Source of the DNA: Phycisphaeraceae bacterium
GTDB taxonomy: Bacteria; Planctomycetota; Phycisphaerae; Phycisphaerales; UBA1924
Assembly: GCA_039794205.1 (NCBI GenBank)
Contig: JBDIVU010000001.1
Span: forward strand, 223,794 to 287,793
Direction: 5' to 3'
DNA: 64,000 nucleotides
Made by a program: the position numbers and the translations under genes. Of the stretch, positions 26,952 through 36,323 are shown piece by piece (the first letter of the stretch is position 1; each line of letters starts with the position of its first letter). Under the pieces are notes generated by a model. The model was not told the DNA's origin. It did no database searches and saw nothing but the letters and a program-made list of their open reading frames with translations.

Positions 26952-27812
26952 TCAGTCGGCGGGTTCGGCGGCGACCCCGAAGAGTTCGCGCGCGTAGGCG
27001 TCGAGATCGCCGCGGAGGGAGAGCGGGCCGTCGAGGTCGCCGCGGAGGAACTGCCTCAGGATTCTGGTGTTTTCGTCGCGTCCTTCGAGGGCCTCGTCGG
27101 GCATGTCGCGGACGCACTCGAACCACGCGCGGTCTCGGACGGCGACGATCCTGCCGCGGTCGAGCATCGCCATGCGGTCGGCGATGCTGAAGGCGGAGCC
27201 CATCTCGTGTGTGACGACGACGCAGGTCGCGCCGGTGTGCTTGGAGACGGAGCGGATCAGGCGGTCGAGTTCGGCGCTGCGCACGGGGTCGAGGCCGGCG
27301 CTGGGTTCGTCGCAGAAGAGGATTTTCGGGTCGAGGGCGATGGCGCGCGCGAAGCCGGCGCGTTTGCGCATGCCCCCCGAGAGTTCGGCGGGGTACTTGT
27401 CGGCGTGCTCGCGCAGGCCGACCATCTCGAGTTTGACGGTTACGATCGCGTCGATGACGTCGCGGCGTAGATTGGTGTGCTCGCGCAGGGGGAGGGCGAC
27501 ATTCTCGCGGACGGTCTTCGAGGAGAAGAGCGCGCCGGACTGGAACAGGACGCCGATTTTCTTGCGGGCCTCGTCGAGGTCGTCGTCGCACATGGCGCAG
27601 ATGTTTGCGCCGAGGAGGTTGATCTCGCCCGCGTCGGGTTTGATGGACCCGATCATGTGCCGGAGGAGCGTGGATTTGCCGGAGCCGGACCCGCCGAGGA
27701 TGACGAGTATCTCGCCGGGGAGGACTTCGAGGTCCACGCCGCGGAGCACGGGCTGGCCGTTGAAGGATTTGGTCAGCCCGCGGACGCGGATGACGGGTTC
27801 ATGCTCCATCAA
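26952..27812 (-). CDS. ABC transporter ATP-binding protein (MlaF-like)
   Basis: Walker A GGSGSGKST, signature LSGGMRKR, Walker B ILFCDEP, H-loop. Confidence 0.85.
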   Translation of the reverse strand: MMEHEPVIRVRGLTKSFNGQPVLRGVDLEVLPGEILVILGGSGSGKSTLLRHMIGSIKPDAGEINLLGANICAMCDDDLDEARKKIGVLFQSGALFSSKTVRENVALPLREHTNLRRDVIDAIVTVKLEMVGLREHADKYPAELSGGMRKRAGFARAIALDPKILFCDEPSAGLDPVRSAELDRLIRSVSKHTGATCVVVTHEMGSAFSIADRMAMLDRGRIVAVRDRAWFECVRDMPDEALEGRDENTRILRQFLRGDLDGPLSLRGDLDAYARELFGVAAEPAD

Positions 27813-27845
27813 GTTATGTTCACTCCGTTGGGCGTTCGGTGTTTA

Positions 27846-29360
27846 TCATCCGAAGCGTACGCCTTGGGCGAGCGGCAGATCCCGTCCGGCGTTGATTGTA
27901 TTCGTCTGGCGGCGCATATAGGCCTTCCAGGAGTCGGAGCCGGATTCCCGCCCGCCGCCGGTGTCTTTTTCGCCCCCGAAGGCGCCCCCGATCTCGGCGC
28001 CGCTGGTCCCGAGGTTGATATTGGCGATGCCGCAATCGGACCCGGCGGGCGAGAGGAATCGCTCGGCGCCGGCGAGGCTCTCGGTGAAGATGCACGACGA
28101 CAGGCCCTGATCGACGCTGTTGTTCAGCGCGATCGCCTCGTCGATGGACGAGATCTCGAAGATGTAGAGGACGGGGGCGAAGGTCTCCTCGCGGGCGATG
28201 GGGAGGTCGGCGCCTCGCGGCGCGCGGATGATGCAGGGGGTGACGAAGTTGCCGGGGCGGTCGAGGCGCTGCCCGCCGCAGACCGACGAGCCGCCTTGCG
28301 ATTTCGCGGATTCGATGGCGCGCATCATCATCTCCACGGCTTCGGGCGATACGAGCGGGCCGACGAGCGTGCCGTCTTCGAGAGGGTCGCCGATCGGCAA
28401 TGTTTTGTATGCATTGGTCAGGCGCCGGGTCAGTTCGTCGGCGATCGCGCGGTGGGCTAGCACGCGGCGTGTGCTGGTGCAGCGCTGGCCGGTCGTGCCG
28501 ACGGCGCCGAAGAGAATCGCGCGGGTCGCCAGGTCCAGGTCCGCGTCGTCCATCACGATCGCGGCGTTGTTCCCGCCGAGTTCCAGCAGCGTCCGTCCCA
28601 TGCGCTCGGCGACGACCGGCGCGACACGCCGCCCCATCCGGCACGAGCCGGTCGCGCTGATGAGAGGCAGGCGCCGATCGGCGATCATGCGCTCGCCCAC
28701 GATCTCGTCCGACCCGAGCACGAGATTGAATATGTCGGGGAAGCCCTCGCGCGTGGCGGCTTCGCGGACGACATGGTGGAGCGCGACGGAGACGACGGGC
28801 GTGACCAGGCTCGGTTTCCAGAGGACCGTGTCACCGCAGACCGCTGCGATCAGCGCGTTCCAGGCCCAGACCGCGACGGGGAAGTTGAACGCGGTGATGA
28901 CGCCGACGGGTCCGAGCGGGTGCCACTGCTCCATGAGGCGGTGGTCGGCGCGTTCACTTGGGAGAGTAAGCCCGCCGATCTGCCGGGATAGTCCGACGGC
29001 GAAGTCGGCGATGTCGATGGCTTCCTGCACCTCGCCGTCGCCCTCGGACTTGATCTTGCCCATCTCGATCGAGATGAGCGAGCCGAGGGCGTCCTTGTGT
29101 GCGCGGATCGCCTCGCCGACGGCGCGGACGAGCAGGCCGCGTTGCGGGGCCGGGACGCTGCGCCATCTGAGAAAGGCGTTGCGGGCGCGATCGGCGGCGG
29201 CTTCATAGGAGCGGGCGTCGTCGAGGGCGACGGCGCCGATCGGCTGGTTGGTTGATGGGTTCATGGATACGACCGTCCCGCCCGGGCCGGGGGCTGAGAG
29301 TCGCGGGTCCGCGGCGCATCCGATGCGGTCGAGCAGGGCGGCGGTTCGTTCTTGGCTCAT
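27846..29360 (-). CDS. Aldehyde dehydrogenase (ALDH7 / alpha-aminoadipic-semialdehyde dehydrogenase-like)
   Basis: ELGGNNAAIV and catalytic Cys in GQRCTSTRR, plus FNFPVAVW. ATG at 29358-29360. The track's N-terminal extension is a translation of the upstream repeat array. Confidence 0.82.
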   Translation of the reverse strand: MSQERTAALLDRIGCAADPRLSAPGPGGTVVSMNPSTNQPIGAVALDDARSYEAAADRARNAFLRWRSVPAPQRGLLVRAVGEAIRAHKDALGSLISIEMGKIKSEGDGEVQEAIDIADFAVGLSRQIGGLTLPSERADHRLMEQWHPLGPVGVITAFNFPVAVWAWNALIAAVCGDTVLWKPSLVTPVVSVALHHVVREAATREGFPDIFNLVLGSDEIVGERMIADRRLPLISATGSCRMGRRVAPVVAERMGRTLLELGGNNAAIVMDDADLDLATRAILFGAVGTTGQRCTSTRRVLAHRAIADELTRRLTNAYKTLPIGDPLEDGTLVGPLVSPEAVEMMMRAIESAKSQGGSSVCGGQRLDRPGNFVTPCIIRAPRGADLPIAREETFAPVLYIFEISSIDEAIALNNSVDQGLSSCIFTESLAGAERFLSPAGSDCGIANINLGTSGAEIGGAFGGEKDTGGGRESGSDSWKAYMRRQTNTINAGRDLPLAQGVRFG

Positions 29361-29410
29361 GCCGACAGAGTAGAGGACGGGCGGGGGCTGGGTGCAGGCC
29401 GGGGCTGTCT

Positions 29411-29528
29411 GTGCACGTGCAGGACGCCCGTGCCACTGCTGGGGTGCGAACACGTGCGGGACGCCCGTGCCACTGCTGGGGTGCGAACACGGGCGAGACG
29501 CTCGTGCCACTGTTTTGCCCGTGCCACT
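29411..29528. repeat. Three hairpin-repeat units (GTGCGAACACGTGCGGGACGCCCGTGCCACTGCTGGG, ~38-bp period)
   Basis: Direct reading. Confidence 0.8.
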
Positions 29529-29538
29529 TAATGCGCCT

Positions 29539-29567
29539 GAAGCCCAGGGATTTCATCCCTGGGCTTC
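29539..29567. repeat. Type-1 palindrome GAAGCCCAGGGATttcATCCCTGGGCTTC; here in a divergent intergenic region, not at a gene 3' end
   Basis: Perfect inverted repeat. Confidence 0.6.
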
Positions 29568-29600
29568 GGACGTGACAAAGCCGGGTTGGTCTGATAACTA

Positions 29601-30884
29601 TTGGGCATGAGCCTGAAGATGTCGATCGGGTTTGCGTCGCGGGCGGTTGTGGTTGCGGCATTGAGCGCGGGAGTGTGCGGCGGTGTCGCGAACGCGCAGC
29701 CTTGCTCGCCGGGGTGGGACGAGGCGTTCGATCCCGCGCCGGTCGGGGCGGTGCTGGCCCTGCACGCGGAGGATGGGACGCCGACGCCCGGGCTTTATGT
29801 CGGCGGGACGTTCACGTCGATCGCGGGCGCGGATCTCGCGCGGCTTGTGATATATGACGGAAATATATTTGCGCTCGCCGGCGCCAGCCCGGACAACACC
29901 GTGCATGTTATATCCCCGGCGGGCGCCGGCGTCCTCGTCGCGGGCCGATTCGGTTTCATCGGAGAGACGCCCTCGCCGCGGGTCTCGCGCTGGACGGGGT
30001 CGGAATGGTTCCCGCCCGCGACAGGCCCGAACGGCGACGTTCTCGCGGCCGTCGGCGCCGGGGGCGCGGGGGGGTATTACGTCGCGGGGAGTTTCAACGC
30101 CGCGGGCGCGATCTCAGCCGCGGGCGTGGCGTTGCACGACGGTGAAACATGGTCGGCCCTCGGAACGGGGCTGCAAGGCGGGCAGCGCGCGGGGTCAGCG
30201 CTGGCGCGACTCGGCGGGCTGCTCTTCGTAGGCGGGTCGTTCCTCGGCGCTGGTGGGATCCCGTCGCCCAACGTCGCGGTCTGGAACGGGTCGGGGTGGG
30301 CCGCCGCTGGCGCGGGGCTGAACGGGATAGTGCGAACTTTCGAGATATTCAACGGCGAACTGATCGCCGGGGGCGACTTCACCGCGAGCGGGGCGCAAGC
30401 AATATTTCATCTGGCGCGATGGACCGGCGTCGGCTGGGAGCCGTTCGCGGGCGGCGCGAACGGCGCCGTGCGGACGCTGCGCACGATCGCGCTGCGATCG
30501 GGCGATGCGCTCGTCGCGGGCGGGGCGTTCACACAGATCGGCGGCGTCGCGGCGGATCGGGTCGCGATCTACGACGGCGCGGAGTGGGCGCCGCTGGACG
30601 CCGGCTCGCCCGCGGTGGTCAACGCCGCGGCGATCTTCGAGGATCAACTTTACATCGGGTCGGCAGCGACCACGCCGACCGGATCCCCGGCGTCAGCGCT
30701 GCGGCGGTGGAGGCTCTGCGACTCCGGCGTCGCGGGCGATATCAACGGCGACGGCGTGGTCAACGGGACGGATCTCCTGCTGCTGCTCAATCAGTTCGGC
30801 GGGCCCGGCAATGCTGACCTCAACGGCGACGGCGTGGTCAACGGTACGGACCTGCTCCTGCTGCTCAACGCCTTCGGGACGTGA
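29601..30884 (+). CDS. Secreted Gly-rich beta-propeller-like repeat protein with two C-terminal dockerin-like (Ca-binding) repeats
   Basis: Signal peptide, repeated VxGG/FxxxG blades, and a C-terminal pair DINGDGVVNGTDLLLLLNQFG / DLNGDGVVNGTDLLLLLNAFG. Confidence 0.62.
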   Translation: MGMSLKMSIGFASRAVVVAALSAGVCGGVANAQPCSPGWDEAFDPAPVGAVLALHAEDGTPTPGLYVGGTFTSIAGADLARLVIYDGNIFALAGASPDNTVHVISPAGAGVLVAGRFGFIGETPSPRVSRWTGSEWFPPATGPNGDVLAAVGAGGAGGYYVAGSFNAAGAISAAGVALHDGETWSALGTGLQGGQRAGSALARLGGLLFVGGSFLGAGGIPSPNVAVWNGSGWAAAGAGLNGIVRTFEIFNGELIAGGDFTASGAQAIFHLARWTGVGWEPFAGGANGAVRTLRTIALRSGDALVAGGAFTQIGGVAADRVAIYDGAEWAPLDAGSPAVVNAAAIFEDQLYIGSAATTPTGSPASALRRWRLCDSGVAGDINGDGVVNGTDLLLLLNQFGGPGNADLNGDGVVNGTDLLLLLNAFGT

Positions 30885-30999
30885 GCCGGCGTGTCCGATC
30901 GACGCCCGGGCGGGACATGCGGAGCGGACACATGAAAGGGAGTATCCGCGAGCGGGAATAACTGTCGCCCGGGAACGAGGTTCCGGGCAAAATGCGTAC

Positions 31000-31026
31000 A
31001 AAGCCCAGGAATGAAATCCCTGGGCC
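31000..31026. terminator. Type-1 palindrome AAAGCCCAGGaATgaaATCCCTGGGCC (one mismatch)
   Basis: Follows the dockerin-protein gene. Confidence 0.4.
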
Positions 31027-31066
31027 TGGAGTGTGGTTCTCTCAGCGGGCGGGGCGGAGCACGGGC

Positions 31067-31160
31067 GGGACGCCCGTGCCACTGGGGATGGGGTGGCACG
31101 GCTCTCCGAGCCGTGTTCGCACGGGCGGGATGCCCGTGCCACTGGGGCCGTGCCGCTGGG
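31067..31160. repeat. Hairpin-repeat array (2 units plus the palindrome CACGGCTCTCCGAGCCGTG)
   Basis: Direct reading. Confidence 0.8.
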
Positions 31161-31219
31161 GCGGGCGGCGTCGGGCCGGGTAGTGTGTGGTGGACTGACT
31201 GAAGAAAAGGAGGCGGACT

Positions 31220-32782
31220 ATGTGGGTGATTCTTGTGCTTCTGGCGGGGCTGGTGGTGGCGGGGGCGATCCTTTCGACGATGGCGGGGGCGCCTAGACAG
31301 TTCAGGCCCGTGATCGGCGCGGGTGCGCTGTTCGTCGTGCTGCTCGCGGTGTTTGTAAGTTCGTTCCGCTTCGTGGGCGAGAACGAAGTCGGGATCGTGA
31401 TCCGGAACGTCGGGGCGCCGCTGCCCGCGGGCAAGATCATCTCGACCGGGGGCGAGAAAGGCCCGCAGGCGAAGATCCTCTCGCCCGGCTGGCATCCCTT
31501 GCTCTGGCCGGTGATCTTCGATCTCAACCTCGTGCCCGTGGTTGAGATCCCCGAGGGGTCGATCGGCGTGCTCACCGCGCGCGACGGGCGCCCGCTCCCC
31601 GAAGGCCTGGTCTACGCGCCGGAATGGTCCGACGACGATTTAGATCGCATGCTCGACGCGGAGTATTTCCTGACGGACGGCGGGGGCTTCGGCGGGCCAC
31701 AGACATCGGTGCTGCGGCCGCGGAAGTACCGCATGAACACACGTCTATTTAGTGTCGAAATCAAGCCCCTGACGAATGTCGCGCCCGCGACGGTGGGCGT
31801 TGTCAAGTCAAACGTCGGCCCGGCGCGCAGCGACGAGACGGCGCTCGTCGATCGCGGGCAGCGCGGCATATGGCGCACCCCGCTCGCGCCCGCTGAGTAC
31901 TACCTCAACCCCGACGCCTACGAGGTCCGCACTGTCTCGACCGCGACACGCATCGTGCGGTTCGCCAAGGGAAACCGGGAGGGCGAGGAGCGCGAGATCA
32001 CAGTGCGCTCGAACGACGGGTTCACGTTCCCTGTGGACGTTCGTGTCGAGTTCGAGATCCTGCCTATGAACGCGCCGCTGGTGGTGTCTACGCTCGGGGG
32101 CGACGGGGACGCGCTCTCGGACGTGCTCAACTCGGTCGTCCGCGCCGCGTTCCGCAACAACGCCGAGGCCGTCAAGGCGCTCGACTACGTACGCCAGCGT
32201 TCACAGCAGGAAACACAATCGCTGGCGATGATCGGGAACGACATGTCGAAGGTCGGCGTCACAGTCACCGGCGTCCGCATCGGCGACGTCGGCGACGAGG
32301 AGTCGCTCGGGCTTCTGCTCAAGACTCAGACCGACCGCGAGATCGCGCTCCAGGAGCAACTTACATTCCAGGAGCAGCAGCGCGCCGCCGAGCAGCGCAA
32401 GGCCCTCACACGCACCCAGCAGGAGGCGGAGGAGGAACGACGCCTGGCGACCGCGCAGTACCAGGTGCAGATCGCCGAGCAGCGCAAGCAGGAGCGCATC
32501 ATCGAGGCCCAGGCCCAGGCCGAGGCGATCCGCGTCGAGGCCGACGCGCAGGCGCAGGCTTTCCAGGTGATCGCGGCTCAGATCGGCGCGGGCAACGCCG
32601 CCCTGATCGAGCTTCTTAAGATCGTCGGGGAGCGCGGCATCCAGATCACGCCCCGCGTTATGGTCAACGGGCAGGCCGGGTCGGGCGCCAACGCCGAGAC
32701 GACCGCGCTCATCGGGACGATGCTGGATTCGATGCTCAGCCGGGAGGAGACGCCGACGCCGACGCCGACGGGTTCGCGCTGA
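31220..32782 (+). CDS. SPFH/band-7 (flotillin-like) membrane protein
   Basis: N-terminal TM helices, an SPFH-domain core, and a long Ala/Glu/Gln-rich coiled-coil (AEQRKQERIIEAQAQAEAIRVEADAQAQA). Confidence 0.75.
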   Translation: MWVILVLLAGLVVAGAILSTMAGAPRQFRPVIGAGALFVVLLAVFVSSFRFVGENEVGIVIRNVGAPLPAGKIISTGGEKGPQAKILSPGWHPLLWPVIFDLNLVPVVEIPEGSIGVLTARDGRPLPEGLVYAPEWSDDDLDRMLDAEYFLTDGGGFGGPQTSVLRPRKYRMNTRLFSVEIKPLTNVAPATVGVVKSNVGPARSDETALVDRGQRGIWRTPLAPAEYYLNPDAYEVRTVSTATRIVRFAKGNREGEEREITVRSNDGFTFPVDVRVEFEILPMNAPLVVSTLGGDGDALSDVLNSVVRAAFRNNAEAVKALDYVRQRSQQETQSLAMIGNDMSKVGVTVTGVRIGDVGDEESLGLLLKTQTDREIALQEQLTFQEQQRAAEQRKALTRTQQEAEEERRLATAQYQVQIAEQRKQERIIEAQAQAEAIRVEADAQAQAFQVIAAQIGAGNAALIELLKIVGERGIQITPRVMVNGQAGSGANAETTALIGTMLDSMLSREETPTPTPTGSR

Positions 32783-32814
32783 TCCGGGGATCGAGCGAGG
32801 GTTCACGCAACTGC

Positions 32815-32955
32815 GCCGGCGCACGGGCGGGACGCCCGTGCCACTGGGCTGTTCGCGCACGGGCGGGACGCCCGTGCCACTGGGCTGTTCGCGCACGGGC
32901 GGGACGCCCGTGCCACTGGGCTGTTCGCGCACGGGCGAGACGCCCGTGCCGCTGT
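32815..32955. repeat. Four tandem 39-bp units GGGCTGTTCGCGCACGGGCGGGACGCCCGTGCCACTG
   Basis: Direct reading. Confidence 0.85.
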
Positions 32956-33208
32956 TGCTTACTCCGTCATCCCCGTGGGGCAGGCGTCCCTGCCTGCCCG
33001 GGGACAGCATCAATAAATAACACTCAACAAGGCGGGCACGGAGGCCCGCCCCACGGGGTTTGGGCGGGTGCGACGGCCCGCCTTACGGTTGATCTTGCGG
33101 GCGCGGAGGCATGCACGCACGATGGTTGCGTGACCGTTTTCCCCTTGGGAGTGGGGTGTGGGGATGGGGAATTACGTTGGTGTGCGTGAATCGCGCTTTC
33201 AGCGCTGC

Positions 33209-33235
33209 GAGGCCCAGGGATAAATCCCTGGGCTT
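33209..33235. terminator. Type-1 palindrome AGGCCCAGGGATaaATCCCTGGGCTTT fused to the next hairpin array
   Basis: Its 3' arm continues directly into the first 39-bp unit. Confidence 0.4.
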
Positions 33236-33336
33236 TCGCGCACGGGCGGGACGCCCGTGCCACTGGGGCTTTCGCGCACGGGCGGGACGCCCGTGCCACT
33301 GGGGCTTTCGCGCACGGGCGGGACGCCCGTGCCACT
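33233..33336. repeat. Three tandem 39-bp units TTCGCGCACGGGCGGGACGCCCGTGCCACTGGGGCT
   Basis: Direct reading. Confidence 0.85.
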
Positions 33337-33588
33337 GCATAATTGCGGGTTCGGGCCGATAGTAGATGAGTCTGGAGCGAGAATTCGGGCAGGATGGGTG
33401 AACCCGAGCGTCCCCGCGGTCGATCTATCGACGGAGAACATGGTTCGAGTCGGCGGGAGCCGCCGAGGGGTGAGTATGCATTGACAGCGCGCGGGCGGGT
33501 GATACCGTGCGGCGCTGCGAAGGGTGAAGCACCCGTGGGGGCGTCCGGGCGGGCGGGGGCACGCCGACACGCGAGCGAGGAGTCAGCC

Positions 33589-35160
33589 GTGCAGGCAGGA
33601 ATAAGCGGTGGACAACGACGGGCGGGCGCTCTGGTCCGTGTCTCGGGCGCGTCGATCGGATTGGCGCTGGTCGCCGGTACGATGGGGGGCTGCCGGAACG
33701 ATCTGAACTCGTTCTTTGATCCGAGCGTCGTCGGGCGATGGGAGTACACGCCGACGGTCGTCCCGATCCTCGAACGGCTGGACGTGATAGAGGACGATTC
33801 GGGCGATTTCGTTGAAACGTCCGAGGTCATGCCCGAGGATCTGATCCCGGAGCCCGCGGCGTACGAGATCGGCGCGGGCGATCAGGTGCGGATCATCATC
33901 TTCGACTTCCTGGTGGCGAACCAGCCGTCGGAGTTCATCCGCATCGTGGACCCGCGGGGGATGCTGGACCTGCCTCAGATCGGCGAACTGCCGGTGCGGG
34001 GGCTGACAGCCAAGCAGATCGAGTCGATGATCGTCCGGTTGCTGCGCGAGCAGGGGATCATTCAGGACGCGCTCGTGACGGCGGAGTCGCTGTCCCGGCA
34101 GGACGCCACGTTCACGGTGTACGGGTCGATCGCGCGAGTCGGGCGTTACGGGATCCCGAAGCCGAACTATCGGCTTCTCGATGCGCTGACGGACGCCGGG
34201 GGGACGGGCGTCCCCGTGCCTAGCATTTTCGTGATCCGGCAGGCGCCGTTGACTTCTGAGGTCTCGTCGGGTCTGGCGCCGATCCGGACGCCCGAGCCGA
34301 CCGAGCCGAGGCGTGACGACGGGGCCAATCTTGAGGATCTGATCGACCGTCTGACCGAGCCGCCGAAAGGCGCCGAGCCGCCGTCACCCGGGGTTTTCGG
34401 CTCGGGTTCCGGTTCTGCGCTGGGCCTGACGCGCCAGCCGACGGAGCCGGGTCAGCCCGATCGCCCGCCGATCGACCTGCCCGCGGACAGGCCCGCGGCT
34501 CAGCCCGATCCCGGCGAGCCGCCGGCGGGCCAGTGGGTGTTCATCGACGGGCGATGGGTCCGGGTGGCTGCGGGTGAGGCTGTGCAGGCGGGCGCCCCGG
34601 CGGGCGGGCTGGCGGAGGGGCCTGATCCTCTATCCGCCGCCGGCGCCGACGCGAGTGATCTTGTCACGCAGCGGGTGATCGAGATCCCGCTCCGTCCGTT
34701 GCTTCAGGGCAACGCCGCATACAACATCGTGATCCGTCCGGGTGATGCGATCCGAGTCCCGCCTCCGGATCAGGGTCTGGTTTATATGTCCGGGCCTGGT
34801 ATAGCCCGGCCGGGCGTGTTCAACCTCCCGGTGTTCGGCAGGCTGACTCTTACCAAGGCCGTCGCCGCTGCTGGCGGGCTGTCCCCGATCGGGATCCCCA
34901 ACCGGACGGACCTGACCCGGATGATCGGCGACGACCGCCAGGCGACGATCCGGCTCAACCTTCGGGCGATCTACGAAGGCTCCGAGCCGGACGTCTTTCT
35001 CAAGCCCGACGACGTGGTCAACGTGGGTACGACCTGGTGGGCCCAGCCGTTGGCCATCATCCGCAACGGCTTCCGGGTGAACTACGGGTTCGGGTTCCTG
35101 CTCGACCGCAACTTCGGCAACGACGTGTTCGGCGCCCCGCCGACGAACTTCAGGAACTGA
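33589..35160 (+). CDS. Polysaccharide export protein, Wza/OPX family (PES + SLBB domains); lipoprotein
   Basis: Lipobox LVAGTMGGC, Poly_export-like segment YEIGAGDQVRIIIFD, and SLBB-like segments (VYGSIARVGRYGI; YNIVIRPGDAIRVP). The GTG at 33589 with an upstream GAGGAG is the proposed start; the true start is uncertain. Confidence 0.65.
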   Translation: MQAGISGGQRRAGALVRVSGASIGLALVAGTMGGCRNDLNSFFDPSVVGRWEYTPTVVPILERLDVIEDDSGDFVETSEVMPEDLIPEPAAYEIGAGDQVRIIIFDFLVANQPSEFIRIVDPRGMLDLPQIGELPVRGLTAKQIESMIVRLLREQGIIQDALVTAESLSRQDATFTVYGSIARVGRYGIPKPNYRLLDALTDAGGTGVPVPSIFVIRQAPLTSEVSSGLAPIRTPEPTEPRRDDGANLEDLIDRLTEPPKGAEPPSPGVFGSGSGSALGLTRQPTEPGQPDRPPIDLPADRPAAQPDPGEPPAGQWVFIDGRWVRVAAGEAVQAGAPAGGLAEGPDPLSAAGADASDLVTQRVIEIPLRPLLQGNAAYNIVIRPGDAIRVPPPDQGLVYMSGPGIARPGVFNLPVFGRLTLTKAVAAAGGLSPIGIPNRTDLTRMIGDDRQATIRLNLRAIYEGSEPDVFLKPDDVVNVGTTWWAQPLAIIRNGFRVNYGFGFLLDRNFGNDVFGAPPTNFRN

Positions 35161-35396
35161 GCCGGGATCAGCCCGGCGTAGGGCGTGAATCGGCCCGAGT
35201 CGGCCCGAACCGTCGCGGCGCGCCGGGCGTAGCATCCCCGCTCGCCCGGAAGGCGGCGGACGACGCGAGGTGGGCGTCGTCGCGGGCGGGTCATCATGGT
35301 GGAATCATCCGGTGCGTCCCGTCGGAGCCGACGCGACTCCCGGATCATGGGCGCTGGGGGGCAGAACCCGGCGTACGGGTGGAGGACTGATTCGGT

Positions 35397-36323
35397 ATGA
35401 GCGTCGCGGGGGTGAACCCGTCACGTCAGGTTGACGCCGCCGCCGACCCGCCGCCGTGGTGGGCGACGCCGGGCTTCATCGCGGGCGCCGCGATCATCAC
35501 CGCCGCCCTGGTGTTCTTCTTTCGGCACTGGCTCTACGCGCAACATCAGAAGAGTTGGGGCAACGACGACTGGGCCCACGCCTACATCGTCCCGGTCATC
35601 TCCGGGTACGCGGCGTGGCGTGTCCGCGACCAACTACGCGCGCTCAGGCCGGAGGTCTTCGCGCCCGGGCTGGCGCCGCTGGCCCTCGGCGTCGTCTGTT
35701 ATATCTTCTTTACGCTCGGGTTCCCGACCCACATGGGCCGCGGCTTCTCGATCGTGCTCACTATCTTCGGGCTGGCGCTGCTGAACCTCGGCCCGAAGAT
35801 CACCGCTCTCCTCGCCTTCCCGATCGCGTACCTCGCCTTCGCCGTGACGCTGTCGAACTACATGATCCGGGGCGTTCTTTTCGAACTCCAACTGATCGCC
35901 TCGCAGGGCGCGTGGATACTGCTGAACATGGTCGGGATTCAGACGGATGTCAGCGGGAACACCCTCACCATCATGCCCCGGCTCGGGGAGCCGATCCCTC
36001 TCGATGTCGCCGAGGCTTGCAGCGGGATGCGCATGGTGATCGCGTTCGTGGCGCTCGGCGCCGCGGTCGCGTTCATCTCCACGCCGCGCTGGTGGCAGCG
36101 GATCGCGCTGCTGACTATCGCCGCCCCGGTGGCGATCTTCGTGAACATCCTCCGCGTCGCGTCGCTCGGGGCGCTGAGCCTCTGGGATCCGGAGTTCGCC
36201 AAGGGCAACGCGCACATGATGGTCGGGGTGGCGTGGCTGATCCCGGCGTTCTTGCTCTTCATGGGCTGCGCGTGGGCGCTCCTCCGCGCGGGCGGGAACG
36301 ATCGCGAGGAGGCGCCGGCGTGA
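35397..36323 (+). CDS. Exosortase (EpsH/Xrt family)
   Basis: Eight TM segments, catalytic-Cys motif AEACSGMRM, Arg motif NILRVASLGA, and a conserved His region (KGNAHMMVG). Confidence 0.72.
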   Translation: MSVAGVNPSRQVDAAADPPPWWATPGFIAGAAIITAALVFFFRHWLYAQHQKSWGNDDWAHAYIVPVISGYAAWRVRDQLRALRPEVFAPGLAPLALGVVCYIFFTLGFPTHMGRGFSIVLTIFGLALLNLGPKITALLAFPIAYLAFAVTLSNYMIRGVLFELQLIASQGAWILLNMVGIQTDVSGNTLTIMPRLGEPIPLDVAEACSGMRMVIAFVALGAAVAFISTPRWWQRIALLTIAAPVAIFVNILRVASLGALSLWDPEFAKGNAHMMVGVAWLIPAFLLFMGCAWALLRAGGNDREEAPA

